Below are positions 12,184 through 24,614 of a stretch of DNA of 52,409 nt, piece after piece (the stretch's first letter is position 1; each line of letters starts with the position of its first letter). Under the pieces are notes generated by a model that searched no databases, was not told the origin of the DNA, and saw nothing but the letters and a program-made list of their open reading frames with translations. The DNA is from Nemertoderma westbladi. Lineage: Eukaryota > Animalia > Xenacoelomorpha. The position numbers and the translations under genes are program-made. The stretch lies in assembly GCA_032718475.1 (NCBI GenBank), contig JAUCBJ010002507.1, positions 1 through 52,409 of the forward strand. The letters are read 5' to 3'.

Positions 12184-15100
12184 TGTGCCAAGTATATGTA
12201 TCAATGTTTCATGGTTTTGAACCATAATGTGACCTGAACATATGTTCCAAATTTCAAGCAAATCCAATGAAAATATTTTTCCAAAAATGCACCTAAGTAA
12301 ACAATGATGCGCAAAGCATTTTATATAGGATCTATCACCGCAGCAACTGCTTGAAGCCTGTACCGTGCGATGCGAAGGGGTGCGAATGGCAGTACCATCC
12401 CCTTTTACACACAGCCTTCCACGAACTGAATTCGAGGAGTAGCATTGAGACAACAGGAGTCGGGGAAAAGCGATCGGGTTACTCGGCAGCCACGGCAGAT
12501 TGGGACATGGTATCGGACAACAATGTGATGGGGAGGGAGGAGGACGGCGGCATACTCCTCCCCATTGTACTGTGTTAGCTTTACGGGAAAGAAGGGACGA
12601 TGGTGGAGGGTGTCGTCATGTTGGATCTGTGTAGCAAACTGACTTTGATTGTCGACGAGGTTGTGGATAAACTCAGGTTGGGGGGTGAATGATGGGCATT
12701 AATGATAGTGAATGTTGAACGAGATGGGCCGCAATGGGAGGCACAGAGGTTGGCCTTCGATATTGGGCCGCGGGATGGGAGCCATGAGGATGTGGAAGTA
12801 GGAGAGGTGTGGACTATCTCCATGATAAATGTACCGAGTCGCCATATGTCATGCGATAAACTTGCAACATCATATCCTCATCTTGTTGGTATACCAATAC
12901 TGATGGACGTGGATTACTTGCGGGTTGTCGCGCATATTGGCGCCAATGTACCTGAGATAGTCTGTCCATTAGAGGTAAAGCAGGAAGGGGGGGGGGGGGG
13001 GGGCAGGGCAGCCTTACCCATTACGCACTCTGTGTGGTTGGATGGTATGGGGGCTGGTGGGCGCTGGCAGGGGGTCAGGGGTGACGAGGAGACATTGTGG
13101 AGTCATGGGGAAGGCAGGCGATGGGAAGTTGGATAAACAGATCTAGGAGTTTTGGACCACTGAAAGTTTCGGGACAAAGTTCCATGTTAATCGGCCATTT
13201 TCACATGACAACTGCATGGCGATGAGGATGATGGAAGCCTCCAAGAAAAGGCTACCTAGTGGTCGCTTTATGGTCAGGATGCCATGGAAGGAATTGAGAC
13301 TGAAACTCCCAGACAATCAAGCCATGGAGCATTCGCAACTCCTGTTGTTGGAAAGGAAATTCTCAAAAAACTCTCAGTTTGAAAAACTCTAGTGAGAAAT
13401 GTTGGGCTCGTATATTGCGGATGGATATGCACGTCGCACCACGAAGGGAGAGTTAGTCTCCCTCACCATGGCATAGTCTCTGCGAAAAAACCAGGAATGG
13501 TGCGCATTGTATTTAATGCTGCAAACCGCCACCAGGGGGTGGCACTCAATGATAAACTCTATTCGGGACCAGAGCTATTGAACACCTTGGCGGGAGTTCT
13601 CATGCGATTCCAGCAAAATAAAATTGCGTTTGCCGCCGATATTAAGGCGATGTACCACCAAATTTGCGTGCCACTGACACTGATCACCAACACTCACTGC
13701 GGTTTCTGTGGCGCGACTGCGTAACTGAACCGATTGCTGTATCGCCGGGGGATCGGGCGACGCCAACTATCAACTTGGCTGGGGCAACCTACCAATGGAT
13801 CGAGCGCTCGGAATTAGTTGGGAGAAGGAAACAGACGCAATTAGATTCAACTTCACAGGAGTTAGTGGAGAGGGTTCAAAAAGGGAAATCCTGGTCACGA
13901 TTGGTTCTATCTTCGACCCTCTGGGATTCATCATTCCCATGATATTCGTAGCCAAATGTTGTATCATGCAGAAACTCTGGGCATTGACGATGGATTGGGA
14001 CAAACCTGTACCAGAGGAGATCCTCGAGGTATGGTTGGGTTGGAAAGAGGATGAGCAAAACCTGTTGGGCCTGCAAATGCCCCGATGGTATGAAACGGGA
14101 CTCGTGGGTTTAGCGGTAGTACACGTTTTCTGTGACACATCAGAAGAAGCCTTTGCATGTGTAGCGTATGTTCGGTCAGAATGCAGCGATAAGTTGGCAC
14201 GATGATTTTGCAGGGAGAGTTGAGAATATAAATTTCTCAAACTGTTTATTGGTCAGATTCTACGACAGTGCTGCAGTGGATAGGGAATCCTTCTAGGCGT
14301 TTTCACACCTTCGTCAGGAATTGGGTCATTGAAATCATTGACTCATCAGAACAAGCGGACTGGCGACAAGTACCGGGGGAGGTTAATCCGGCAGATGATG
14401 GTACGAGGGGACTCGTGGCTGCAAAGCTAGTTGAGTCGAGCCAGTGCTTCCAAGGGCTACCATTCTTGCGATCTGAACCACGGAATTGGCCCATGTCACC
14501 AGTCATTAAGAAGGACGATACCGATCCAGAGATCAAACTTTGTGGAGCCTCGATTTGCTCATCCGGTCAGATAGGGACGGTATTCACGCTATGGGCAGGC
14601 ACTGATGCATGGGTGATGCAGTTCATCCACAATATCAAATGGGGAGACTGATCGACCAGCGTTCCGGACCCCTCTCAGTTGATGAATTGGAGGATGTGAA
14701 GATTGAAATGATAAAAGGCAATCAATCTGAATTCTTTGCAGAAGAGGTTGAGCGAGCCCGCACAGGGAAGGAGATTCATCGAAACAGTCCCATAAGTAAA
14801 CTCCGACCGTGGTTATCGGGGAATGGGCTTCTGTGGGTCGGAGGCCGACTACATAACGCGGATATAAGCGAGGAAGTGAAACACCCGATTGTCCTCACAC
14901 ACGGCAGGCTGCCGTGTGTGACTGCTGTCGGCAGCCCTCTGGTGAGATTGTTGATCTGGGAGGCACACGAATGATTGGGACACAGCGGGGTCGAGGCGGT
15001 GTTGGCGGAACTACGGAAAGCCTATTGGATAACGCGGGGGCAAGCCATGATAAAGGGAGTCTTGCGAGGTTGTTACCCATGCTGATGCCTATTGTTATGT

Positions 15101-16127
15101 CGGCCAGCGATCCCTTTAATGGCCCCGCTACCAAAAGAGAGGGTTGACTCTACCGCACCTGCCTTCTAATACACAGTGGTTGACTATTTCGGACCGATCA
15201 ACATCACCCAAGGTCGTTCCACCATGAAGCGCTATGGGGCGCTGTTCACGTGTCTCATCACCCGAGCAGTCCATCTTGAGGTAGCTTTCAGTCTTACAAC
15301 GGACACATTCCTCATGGCACTACGTCGATTTATGGCGAGACGTGGGAAACCAAGGGTTATTTATTCTGATAACGGCACGAACTCTCAGGGTGCGGATAAC
15401 AAACTAAAGCCACAGATTTTCCTATGGGAAATGGAGGAAGGGAAGGAAGGACTGGCAGCGAAGATGGTAGCGTACGAGGTCGAGTGGAATTTCATCGGGA
15501 CATTGAGTCCCCACTTCGGCGGAGTGTGGGAGAGGCTCGTTCGTTCGGTGAAGGACATCCTGGTGGTGGTCCTAGGATCTCAGTGGATACATGATGACAC
15601 ATTAGCCACCATATTCGCTGAGATAGAGGCAATATTGAATAATTGTCTTCTCATCCCTGCGAGCGATAGCATCGACGACTGTATGGTGTTGACTGGTACA
15701 CTTTCTGATGGGGTGGCAGTAGACACAGAAATGCCCTGGTGTATTCACGCAAGCGGATGCAATAGGTAGGGTTAGACGGCGGCAGGTCCAAGTGCTAGTG
15801 GAGACATTTAAAAGGTGATGGGTAAAATAATACCTCCTGATGCTCACCGTATGGGGTAAGTGGAATCGCGACACCCCTAACCTTGGCATCGGGGACCTGG
15901 TGATGGTCCTCTCTGCGGGGGGTGGGGTAAAGGATACCTATCAACTAGGGCGGATCATAGAAACGCATCTGAGTGAGGACGGGCGAGTACGGATGGTAAC
16001 CGTATGCACTCTGGGTGGCATATATAAGCGGCCGGTCTCCATGATTGCTTTATTGGATGCGCGTAGGGTTCGGGAACCGAACGGTGGGACTGTTAAGACG
16101 GACGGCCGCAAGACGCAGACTCTGTAG
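10210..16127 (+). pseudogene. Decayed BEL/Pao LTR retrotransposon gag-pol (many frameshifts and stops; RT catalytic region deleted)
   Basis: Fragmented ORFs in Pao order: VDSWIDDL (gag), CVLCQGDH knuckle, LPHHG..KKPGMVRIVFNA and DIKAMYHQI (RT), RALGISW/FDPLG and VFCDTS (RNase H), NPADDGTRG, VDYFGP/SDNGTN/GGVWERLVRSVK (integrase), C-terminal GDLVMV..LGRII..DGRVR. No LTR pair found; ends approximate. Confidence 0.93.
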
Positions 16128-16159
16128 GGAAGTTAATTCTCGACCTGATATTCATACTC

Positions 16160-16300
16160 TAATCTATTATTTAATGTATTATTTTGGCTTGTAATTTATC
16201 TTAACGCACTCTATTATTTAATGTATTATTTTGGCTTATAATTTATTTTAACGCGATCTATTATTTGGTGTATTATTTTTGGCTTATAATTTATCTTATG
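16160..16300 (+). repeat. ~47-bp AT-rich tandem repeat, 3 copies, in the putative 3' UTR of the decayed BEL element
   Basis: TCTATTATTTAATGTATTATTTTGGCTTRTAATTTATYTTAACGC repeated. Confidence 0.8.
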
Positions 16301-19300
16301 CAGTATGTTTATCTTAGAAACTGACGCATGCACATTTAGTTATCGTTTTTCTGAGAATTAGATTCATCTCAGAATTCTGTACTAAGTACGGAAGTTTCAG
16401 ACTTTAGCCCAAGAACATCTGATGGCTGGAGTTATAAGGACGTAAATCTGTTAACATATTTCACCACACCAACTCATATGACTGAACACATACTGACTGT
16501 TCACCGCACTGTTTTAATGCTGTTTTATATTGTGTTAATTGTTGTTTATATTAATGGATGTTATATTTGGAGAATACCGATAAATAATCGTAAACCCCCT
16601 CAATCTTCTTGATTACTGAGGTAAGCGGAGAAAGAGTTTACCGGTAGCAACTGCGACTTAAATTATAGTGGTTTTTGTGTGAATTAAATGCTATTTCATA
16701 ATACCTACATGTGTCAGTTGCAATCCTCCTTATATATGATCAAATTCAGTGACGGTCGGCAAATTAGTATGAATTAGTGTAAATTAGTGTGAAGGTTAAT
16801 AAAGCATCTCCTAAAGAATGCGCTATTTACGAAACTCTGTGGCCATCTAGTTGTGATTAGTATAAGTCATAATTATGTTTTTATACTTAAAGCGCCACGT
16901 CCTAAAGGAACTGTTAATATTTCCCCGAAAGTAAATATAGTTGTCAGAGATTATATAGTAGCGATCAATCGAATAATACAAAGTAGCTTACACCGCAATA
17001 CTTCCTCCGGAACCCGAATCCAGTCTCCCACACCGTGGGTCATACGCCGCGCACGGACTGGCTTCGGCAGATGTAAATTCAGTAAACCAGGTAATTGGTA
17101 ATTTTTTTTTTTTTATGTTTATTTGATGTATTACACGGTCTGCACTTTATTTACGTCTTTTCTATGTATTCCGTGTGTTGTTTATTGGCCTATAATCTGA
17201 TGTTCTGATTCATTCATTAGCTAACTAGGGCTTGTTCTATATTGGGTTTGTTGGCGCGGCTCCTATATTGGTTGTGACGACATTAATTGTGTTGTAGGTT
17301 TGTTTGTGGGCCCCGCGTTATCATTGGGTACTGCTGGGTATTTTTAGCTTGTCGCTATTGTTATATGTAACTTAGCCTATCGGTCATTCATTCAGTGTAG
17401 AACTGGGAGTGGGGCTTTGTTGTCAGTTGGTGCCATTGTTGGGTGTAGCAAGTTGTGGGAGGGTGTTATTTTCTTTTCTTTATACTTAATTCACACATAC
17501 GGTATTATTAATATTGAGTTCAGGGGTCAGGGGTGGGCGGTTTAAAAGGGCGTTTGTAATGGATTTCTCATGCCTCTTGGTACGATAAGCTCCTAAAACG
17601 GCTTTTTATCTCTAAAAGCTCCAAGAAGTGCTATCTTTCCCTTTATTGTTTTGGTTCCGGGCTGTCATAAAATATTTCCCACTAGAACACGGTCCTTCAA
17701 TAACTTCTTATTTACGGACATCCACAACCCTTCAAAGATAGTGCAAAAATACAGTGATTTCTGTTCTTCCCAAGATGTATATTGCTCTTTTCTGGCATAT
17801 AAAAATAGTGTACTGTAACACCATAGAAAAACCTCTGGGATGAGGAAAAAGAGAATCCGGGTGAGGGGTGCTTTGGGTCCGTTAGGATCCAAAGTATAGC
17901 CCCAAAATAATCCAAAATATACAGAAAAAAAATACAGTATTTTTAGTCGTTTCGTTATGCTCAAAATACATTCAAAAAAGGTTATGAATAAAAGTCACAG
18001 ATTATGAAAAACGTCATGGAAAATCGTCAAAGTTATGGAAGATCGTAATAAACTTGGTGCAGCTTCACGCTATTGGAACTTGGTGATAGTGCAGAACACC
18101 AGGTTACCGTCTGAGTCCAAACAGGGGTGGGACCGATTGGTTGCCCTCAAAACTATACCGTCGATCCTGGCGAGCCTGGGATGAACTGTATATATAGCCC
18201 CAGCGGACAGAGTGCACAAGCACTACCGTAACTGACAAGAGACGAAGCCTATCTTCTATAGGGAGGGACACTGCTACTTTGCCCCCAAAACTAAATAGTC
18301 GGCCCTGAGATGAACTACGTAGCCAGTGGACAGAGTGCGCGAGCGCTCTGGGGCTGGTTAGCCAGCGATCTCAGTCCTCGGCGGTAATGTCTTACCTTCC
18401 CAGCAACCGCGAATCCGTTAAGGCTGGCTTGGGAACAAAGACGCCCACTACCTTGGAGCAGAGCCTAATTTAGCTGCCGAAGCGGTCAACTATGAAGGCT
18501 GGTTTTTGGGACTGACTTTTCCATCTAAATGTGGCCCCTTTTAAACCCGGTGTGGTGTCAATATGAAGTTGACCCCTAATTATCACCTAAACACAGTATA
18601 TCTTTCTTGTGCAGTGATTTTACGTTCAACCAATGTAAAATATAATTAATACGTGGTTGTTTGACTGACCAATAACCGATTACTGATGAATGGCAATAGA
18701 GTTTTGATGGTTATCAATTATTCCTTTGTTAACTAGAAAGCCAACAAGCCGGCTTTAAACGAACCTGTCCCTCAAACCAGTACCCTGAGTGAGCGAAAAT
18801 GAAAACACGATAATTGCCATCAACTCAACGATAGAAACAAACACCAGCTGCTGGTATCCATGTGGGCCTAGTAAGCTACTACTATTTATTGAATGGATAG
18901 GCCCAAACTGCAGAGAAGTACATTACTTGCCAAATTTATTAATATCTCACTCTAACCCAGACAGTAATCAAACATCAACTGTAAGTTTGTATAATGTATT
19001 AGGGCCTACCCCACCAGATGAATAGCTCTTCCCAGTGAATTCTATGACAATAAATCTATAAGGTTACTTACTGCTATGTTAGATAGGAGGCCAGGTAATT
19101 GAATTGTAAGCACTGGGCCGTTTAAATGGTTTATAGGTTGATGATAATGAATGATGAGGGACCCAACTACACTACGTTTGTCTATATGGACGGTCTCCTT
19201 ACAGCTAGCTGGCTGGCTTTTCTAATTGAATCATATTATTCTGCAACCAAACAATTTACTCTTTTAGACGAATTTGTGCGTTTTTTTGCCGGACTAAAAA

Positions 19301-19687
19301 ATTTTGGCGACGTTCTGTGCGAGATTGGCGATATTTGAAAAGATTCTGAGGCATAAATATGTTGCTCAAGTGACTGAATAGCCCAAATCAAAAAGTTGGT
19401 GCATACTCGACGAGTTGAAATCGGTGAAATTCGACATTAAATTTTCAAAACCGCTATTGTTCAGTGATCCCGTGATCGAAACGCCACAACAAAAAATATA
19501 CAGTCTTGTGCGCAACAAAAATTTATGTAGAGTTTGTTAATAGACTTTTTGCGTACCTGCTTGAGTTTTTGAGATATGGGATGGTTATACACACAACCAC
19601 ATCGTGTTTTTGAACGGCTCAACTCTTTACAAAAACTACCCTGGCCTATTAATAGGCAGGCATTGAAGGTTGGCATAACTGACAACC

Positions 19688-19780
19688 GGGCTACTGCACC
19701 CCACACATTCCACAAACTCTAAAAAAATAAATCGAAGATAGTTCGCAGCGGCCCAGTAGAAGCTTGCAGTCCCCCTTTTT
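19688..19780. repeat. ~92-bp dispersed repeat, copy 2
   Basis: Direct copy of 10113-10204. Confidence 0.85.
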
Positions 19781-19953
19781 ACAACGATGTACTAATTCGG
19801 AATGACATGGGAATATTTTTCTGAAAGATTTTTTCCAGAAAATATTCATTCAGAAAATCATGTGGTTCGACAACACGGAGGATGTAATTTCTGACCACAA
19901 ACGGGTCGTTATTTGTTGACGCACAATCAATCCGCAAAATTTTATATGATCTT

Positions 19954-22104
19954 TGTGGGGCGAGCCACGAAGTTGGCGGAGCCTTAGCGAATTGACACTG
20001 TTAGGGGGTGGGTCAATTTATGCAAATAGTTGTCGTCGTCGTCGTCGTCGTCGTTGTCGTCGTCGTCGTTGTCGTCGTCGTCGTTGTCGTCGTCGTTACG
20101 ATTTTGACATGCTAATAACTTTGTCGGATTTAAAGCTGCCAAGTTGAAAATTTGTAGGTATCAATATGAGCAAAAGTTGAGATTTTTGAGAGACTTTCAG
20201 ACACCATCAGTGCAATGGTCTCCCGCTAGAGGGCCACATGTCTAAACATTAAATGGCCACCCATTTCTTTGCTTTTAATCCGTTTAAGCTGAAACTTGGG
20301 AAGTATGTACTAGACCATTAGCTGTAAATTTCAAAGGAGGCTAATCTGTCTGCAGTTCTCCAGTCTGCCGCTAGAGGGCGAAATGTCCCGAATGTGAAAT
20401 TATTCTTCCATTTAGTTGTTTATGATCTGATTACGCTGAAACTTGTCATATATGTACTAGATGACATCCTGAGTCTTTGTGTGGATTGTAATCGGTCCGA
20501 AGTTTTCCAGTCTCCCGCTAGAGGGCCACATGTCTAAACATTAAATGGCCACCCATTTCTTTGCTTTTAATCCGTTTAAGCTGAAACTTGGGAAGTATGT
20601 ACTAGACCATTAGCTGTAAATTTCAAAGGAGGCTAATCTGTCTGCAGTTCTCCAGTCTGCCGCTAGAGGGCGAAATGTCCCGAATGTGAAATTATTCTTC
20701 CATTTAGTTGTTTATGATCTGATTACGCTGAAACTTGTCATATATGTACTAGATGACATCCTGAGTCTTTGTGTGGATTGTAATCGGTCCGAAGTTTTCC
20801 AGTCTCCCGCTAGAGGGCCACATGTCTAAACATTAAATGGCCACCCATTTCTTTGCTTTTAATCCGTTTAAGCTGAAACTTGGGAAGTATGTACTAGACC
20901 ATTAGCTGTAAATTTCAAAGGAGGCTAATCTGTCTGCAGTTCTCCAGTCTGCCGCTAGAGGGCGAAATGTCCCGAATGTGAAATTATTCTTCCATTTAGT
21001 TGTTTATGATCTGATTACGCTGAAACTTGTCATATATGTACTAGATGACATCCTGAGTCTTTGTGTGGATTGTAATCGGTCCGAAGTTTTCCAGTCTCCC
21101 GCTAGAGGGCCACATGTCTAAACATTAAATGGCCACCCATTTCTTTGCTTTTAATCCGTTTAAGCTGAAACTTGGGAAGTATGTACTAGACCATTAGCTG
21201 TAAATTTCAAAGGAGGCTAATCTGTCTGCAGTTCTCCAGTCTGCCGCTAGAGGGCGAAATGTCCCGAATGTGAAATTATTCTTCCATTTAGTTGTTTATG
21301 ATCTGATTACGCTGAAACTTGTCATATATGTACTAGAAGACATCCTGAGTCTTTGTGTGGATTGTAATCGGTCCGAAGTTTTCCAGTCTCCCGCTAGAGG
21401 GCCACATGTCTAAACATTAAATGGCCACCCATTTCTTTGCTTTTAATCCGTTTAAGCTGAAACTTGGGAAGTATGTACTAGACCATTAGCTGTAAATTTC
21501 AAAGGAGGCTAATCTGTCTGCAGTTCTCCAGTCTGCCGCTAGAGGGCGAAATGTCCCGAATGTGAAATTATTCTTCCATTTAGTTGTTTATGATCTGATT
21601 ACGCTGAAACTTGTCATATATGTACTAGAAGACATCCTAAGTCTTTGTGTGGACAGTAATCGGTCCGGAGTTTTCGAGTCTGCCGCTAGAGGGCGAAATG
21701 TAGGAAAGTGATAACCTTTGCGAATTCCTTGATCTTAATCTATTTAAGCTGAATTTTGGAATATACAGTACCGGTATGTACTAGACCACATGCCTCGTCT
21801 TTGTGAGGAAGGTGATCGATCCGTAGTTCTTTAATATGCCGCTAGAGGGCTAAATGTATGAAAGTGAAAACCTTCCAACATTTCGTTATTTATGATCCGT
21901 CAATCGGAAACTTGGTAGATATGTAATAGACCATAGGATGTGGCTTTGTAGGGAAACTAATCCTTCCTTCTTCAGTTACCCAGTCTCCCGCTAGAGGGTT
22001 AACGTTTTCCGGGAAAATCTTCTCCTATGTTTTTATAATCCTTTCGAGTTGATACTTAGCATTAACTCATTTCACGTGCTGCGCGAAGGCCCCACTTCGT
22101 GTAT
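19954..22104 (+). mobile_element. Non-autonomous Helentron/HINE-like element with (GTC)n microsatellite and an internal 292-bp (145+147) tandem array; copy 1
   Basis: Near-identical inverted copy at 43638-45204 defines both ends. Short subterminal inverted motifs (CACGAAGT/ACTTCGTG, GTGGGGC/GCCCCAC), 5' microsatellite, central tandem repeats and a 3' CGAAG..CTTCG hairpin fit the DINE-1/HINE layout. The superfamily call is inference. Confidence 0.85.
20223..21999 (+). promoter_or_regulatory. Array of 13 co-oriented CTCF-consensus motifs
   Basis: CCGCTAGAGGGC at 20223, 20368, 20515, 20660, 20807, 20952, 21099, 21244, 21391, 21536, 21683 and 21839, plus a one-mismatch copy at 21988; fits CC(A/G)(C/G)(C/T)AG(A/G)(G/T)GGC. 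Binding is not shown. Confidence 0.7.
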
Positions 22105-22636
22105 CTATACATCCCCGAACAACCAGCATGAACCGCAAAACTATTAACCTTTAAGTTTGTCCCAACCTCTATATGATACAGTAGATGCAGTTGGGCTCAA
22201 GCGCATTATAAGTACGTCTTACAGTTTAATAAATGGTAATAGCAATCACTTCCTCTCTTGAATAGTAATACACGCGTGCAGCAGGAGACTGCATACGTAC
22301 CAAGTTTGGTTTAATGTCATCTATGATTGATCGCTACGAACTAGGGCATTTAAGTTAAATTTTTTGTTTTACAATACTCGTGTCCTTTAGCCTAGTTGCG
22401 CTTGTCCTGCTTTGTCTCCAACAAATATTTTTCCTAAACTCAGACTGACCACCTTTATAACATCAAAGTCACGACTCACGAAACTCTAACTGCTGATTTA
22501 TTACCTTTTTATAGTATTCCTTTTTCTAGTATTCCTAACTTAAAAAAAATGCTTTACTTTTTTTAATAAATTATTAAGTAATTTAAACATTATTTAAACT
22601 CAGGTATGCTAAGAATTCAATCGGAAAGATGCAGGA

Positions 22637-22708
22637 GCCTCTCTGGTGTAGTGGTTATCATACCTGAACGTTTATCGGGAGACGCGGGTTCGATCCCCGC
22701 CGGTGGCG
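22637..22708 (+). pseudogene. tRNA-like pseudogene/SINE head, copy 1, within a ~360-bp duplicated segment (~22617-22980)
   Basis: A-box TGGTGTAGTGG, B-box GGTTCGATCC, cloverleaf-like fold with acceptor mismatches, non-canonical anticodon loop ACGTTTA (no U33), followed by a T6 Pol III terminator. Confidence 0.75.
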
Positions 22709-23880
22709 AATTCATTTTTTCCGCTCCATTTGCTATAGAGTTGGAACATCCGAAGTCCTGTTTAATTCGATTACTTAATAATTTATACAATCTATGGATG
22801 TTAAAAAAATATAAACAATACGATTTTTTAAATAAATATTCTTAATTTGGTCACAGCAATTTTTTAGGCATATTTTGTATGGTCCAAAATCACCACCGTC
22901 TCTCATATTTAATTTATAATAACACCGATCTAAGTTGGCGCTCTCATTGAGCTGTAAACGGGAACTACCGTTCGAAACAGAAAATGGGCCTACACACACA
23001 ACTACAGTACTACTACTGTATTTATGCAGTAGCTACTACTGTACTAATATTGCTCTATAGGTATGTAGTCGTCCCCTGTTATTAATCATACTCGCCATTC
23101 AAAGAAACCTACTGAGATATACTGTACGAACAGGGGAGATATAGACTGGTGGCACCAGCCTGTCTATAATAATAATTATTATATAATCACACACTTGTAG
23201 TAATACAAAAGATAATTTATTTAAACAATGGTAGCTACACAGGAGGTTGCTGGTAAAGAGAACAGTTGTACAATTATTGTTTATATAATTGCCATCTTTG
23301 ATTGCCTTTCTGAAAAAAATGTATATACGAATAGGTTTTTTGGAGCATTTACAACAATTTACTCGTTAAGTGTCTGTAATGGTGTCGACGTAGAGTGGAC
23401 GTTGTGTCTGCTCAATGTCGGCGTGATGTCACCGTTGAATCCATGTCATATCGGCGTGATGTCGGCACAGTGTCAGCGTGTTTTTCGGCATGTTGTAGGG
23501 TCGCCGTGTAGTTGGTAAGTTTTATGTGGCCTATTTTTATATTAACATTCATTTTCACGGTATATACACCATGACCCGTAATATAGTGTCATTTTCTGAT
23601 GACACGGACCCCCCCCCCCCCCCCCCCCCCCAATTTTTCTACAAATCTTTATTATATTGCTTGAAATTTGAAACACCACTAGTTCAACTCACCGTGGTTG
23701 TTACCTTGAAGCCGGAATTTTCGAATTCGCCTTTAAATTTTAATTATAAGCGTTTTAAAAGGTGTCTTTTTCGAAATCGCACCCTCTGTATCATTGCCAT
23801 TCTTCACATTAGTCGTAATTTTTTCACATCAATAGCTTGCGTTGAAAGGATTCCAAATATGTAGCAATATCTGAATTTCA

Positions 23881-24162
23881 TTGAGAAACAGCTGAGAAAT
23901 AGGCCTTCAAAGATTGCAAGAATTATCGTTCTCTGCAGGCCATTTATTCCATTTAATAAATACACATAATTCTAGAACGTGTTATTTATTTTATGAGTTG
24001 GTTGGCAACAGCGGAATGCCTATACAATATCTATATTGCCTAGCTAATCATACATAAACAAATTGTTCCAGAATATTGTGTATTTATTAAATAGAATAAA
24101 TGGCCTGCAGCGAACGATAATTATTGCAATCTTTGAATGCCTATTTCTCAGCTGTTTTTCAA
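23881..24162. mobile_element. Foldback MITE with ~98-bp inverted arms
   Basis: TTGAGAAACAGCTGAGAAATAGGC...AATTCTAGAAC is complementary to GTTCCAGAATA...GCCTATTTCTCAGCTGTTTTTCAA with few mismatches. Confidence 0.8.
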
Positions 24163-24186
24163 CGAATCAATCGGAAAGATGCAGGA

Positions 24187-24258
24187 GCCTCCGTGGTGTA
24201 GTGGTTAGCATACCTCAACGTTTATCGGGAGACGCGGGTTCGATCCCCGCCGGTGGCG
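24187..24258 (+). pseudogene. tRNA-like pseudogene/SINE head, copy 2, within duplicated segment ~24167-24520
   Basis: Direct copy of 22637-22708 at offset 1550; GCCTCCG/CGGTGGC acceptor stem, A and B boxes, T6. Confidence 0.75.
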
Positions 24259-24501
24259 AATTCATTTTTTCCGCTCCATTTGCTATAGAGTTGGATCATC
24301 CTAAGCCCTGTTTAAATTACTTAATAATTTATACAATCTATGGATGTTAAAAACATATAAACAATACGATTTATTCTTAATTTGGCCACAGCAATTTTTT
24401 AGGCATATTTTGATGGTCCATGGTCCAAAATCACCACCGTCTCTCATATTTAATTTATAATAACACCGATCTAAGTTGGCGCTCTCATTGAGCTGTATAC
24501 G

Positions 24502-24587
24502 GGAACTACCGTTCGAAACAGATTTTATTGATATTATGATACATATCATAACATCAATAATATGTATCTGTCTTGAACGGTAGTTCC
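24502..24587. repeat. ~86-bp imperfect palindrome
   Basis: GGAACTACCGTTCGAAACAGAT pairs with ATCTGTCTTGAACGGTAGTTCC; inner ATTGATATTATGATA pairs with TATCATAACATCAAT. Confidence 0.8.
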
Positions 24588-24614
24588 TATCATATGATAG
24601 CTCATATGATATTA

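Noticed and set aside
16430-16980. 3' LTR of the decayed BEL element
   Set aside because: PPT-like start and ...AATACA end are suggestive, but there is no matching 5' LTR or TSD in the window.
17000-17095. Possible first exon ending CAG|GTAATT
   Set aside because: No downstream coding exons or other support.
19953-20147. Arg/Cys-rich protamine-like ORF (duplicated at 45011-45205)
   Set aside because: Translation of the (GTC)n microsatellite; the start codon depends on flanking bases.
22637-22708. Functional tRNA-Asn(GTT)
   Set aside because: Anticodon loop lacks U33 and purine 37, the acceptor stem is mismatched, and the body does not resemble tRNA-Asn.
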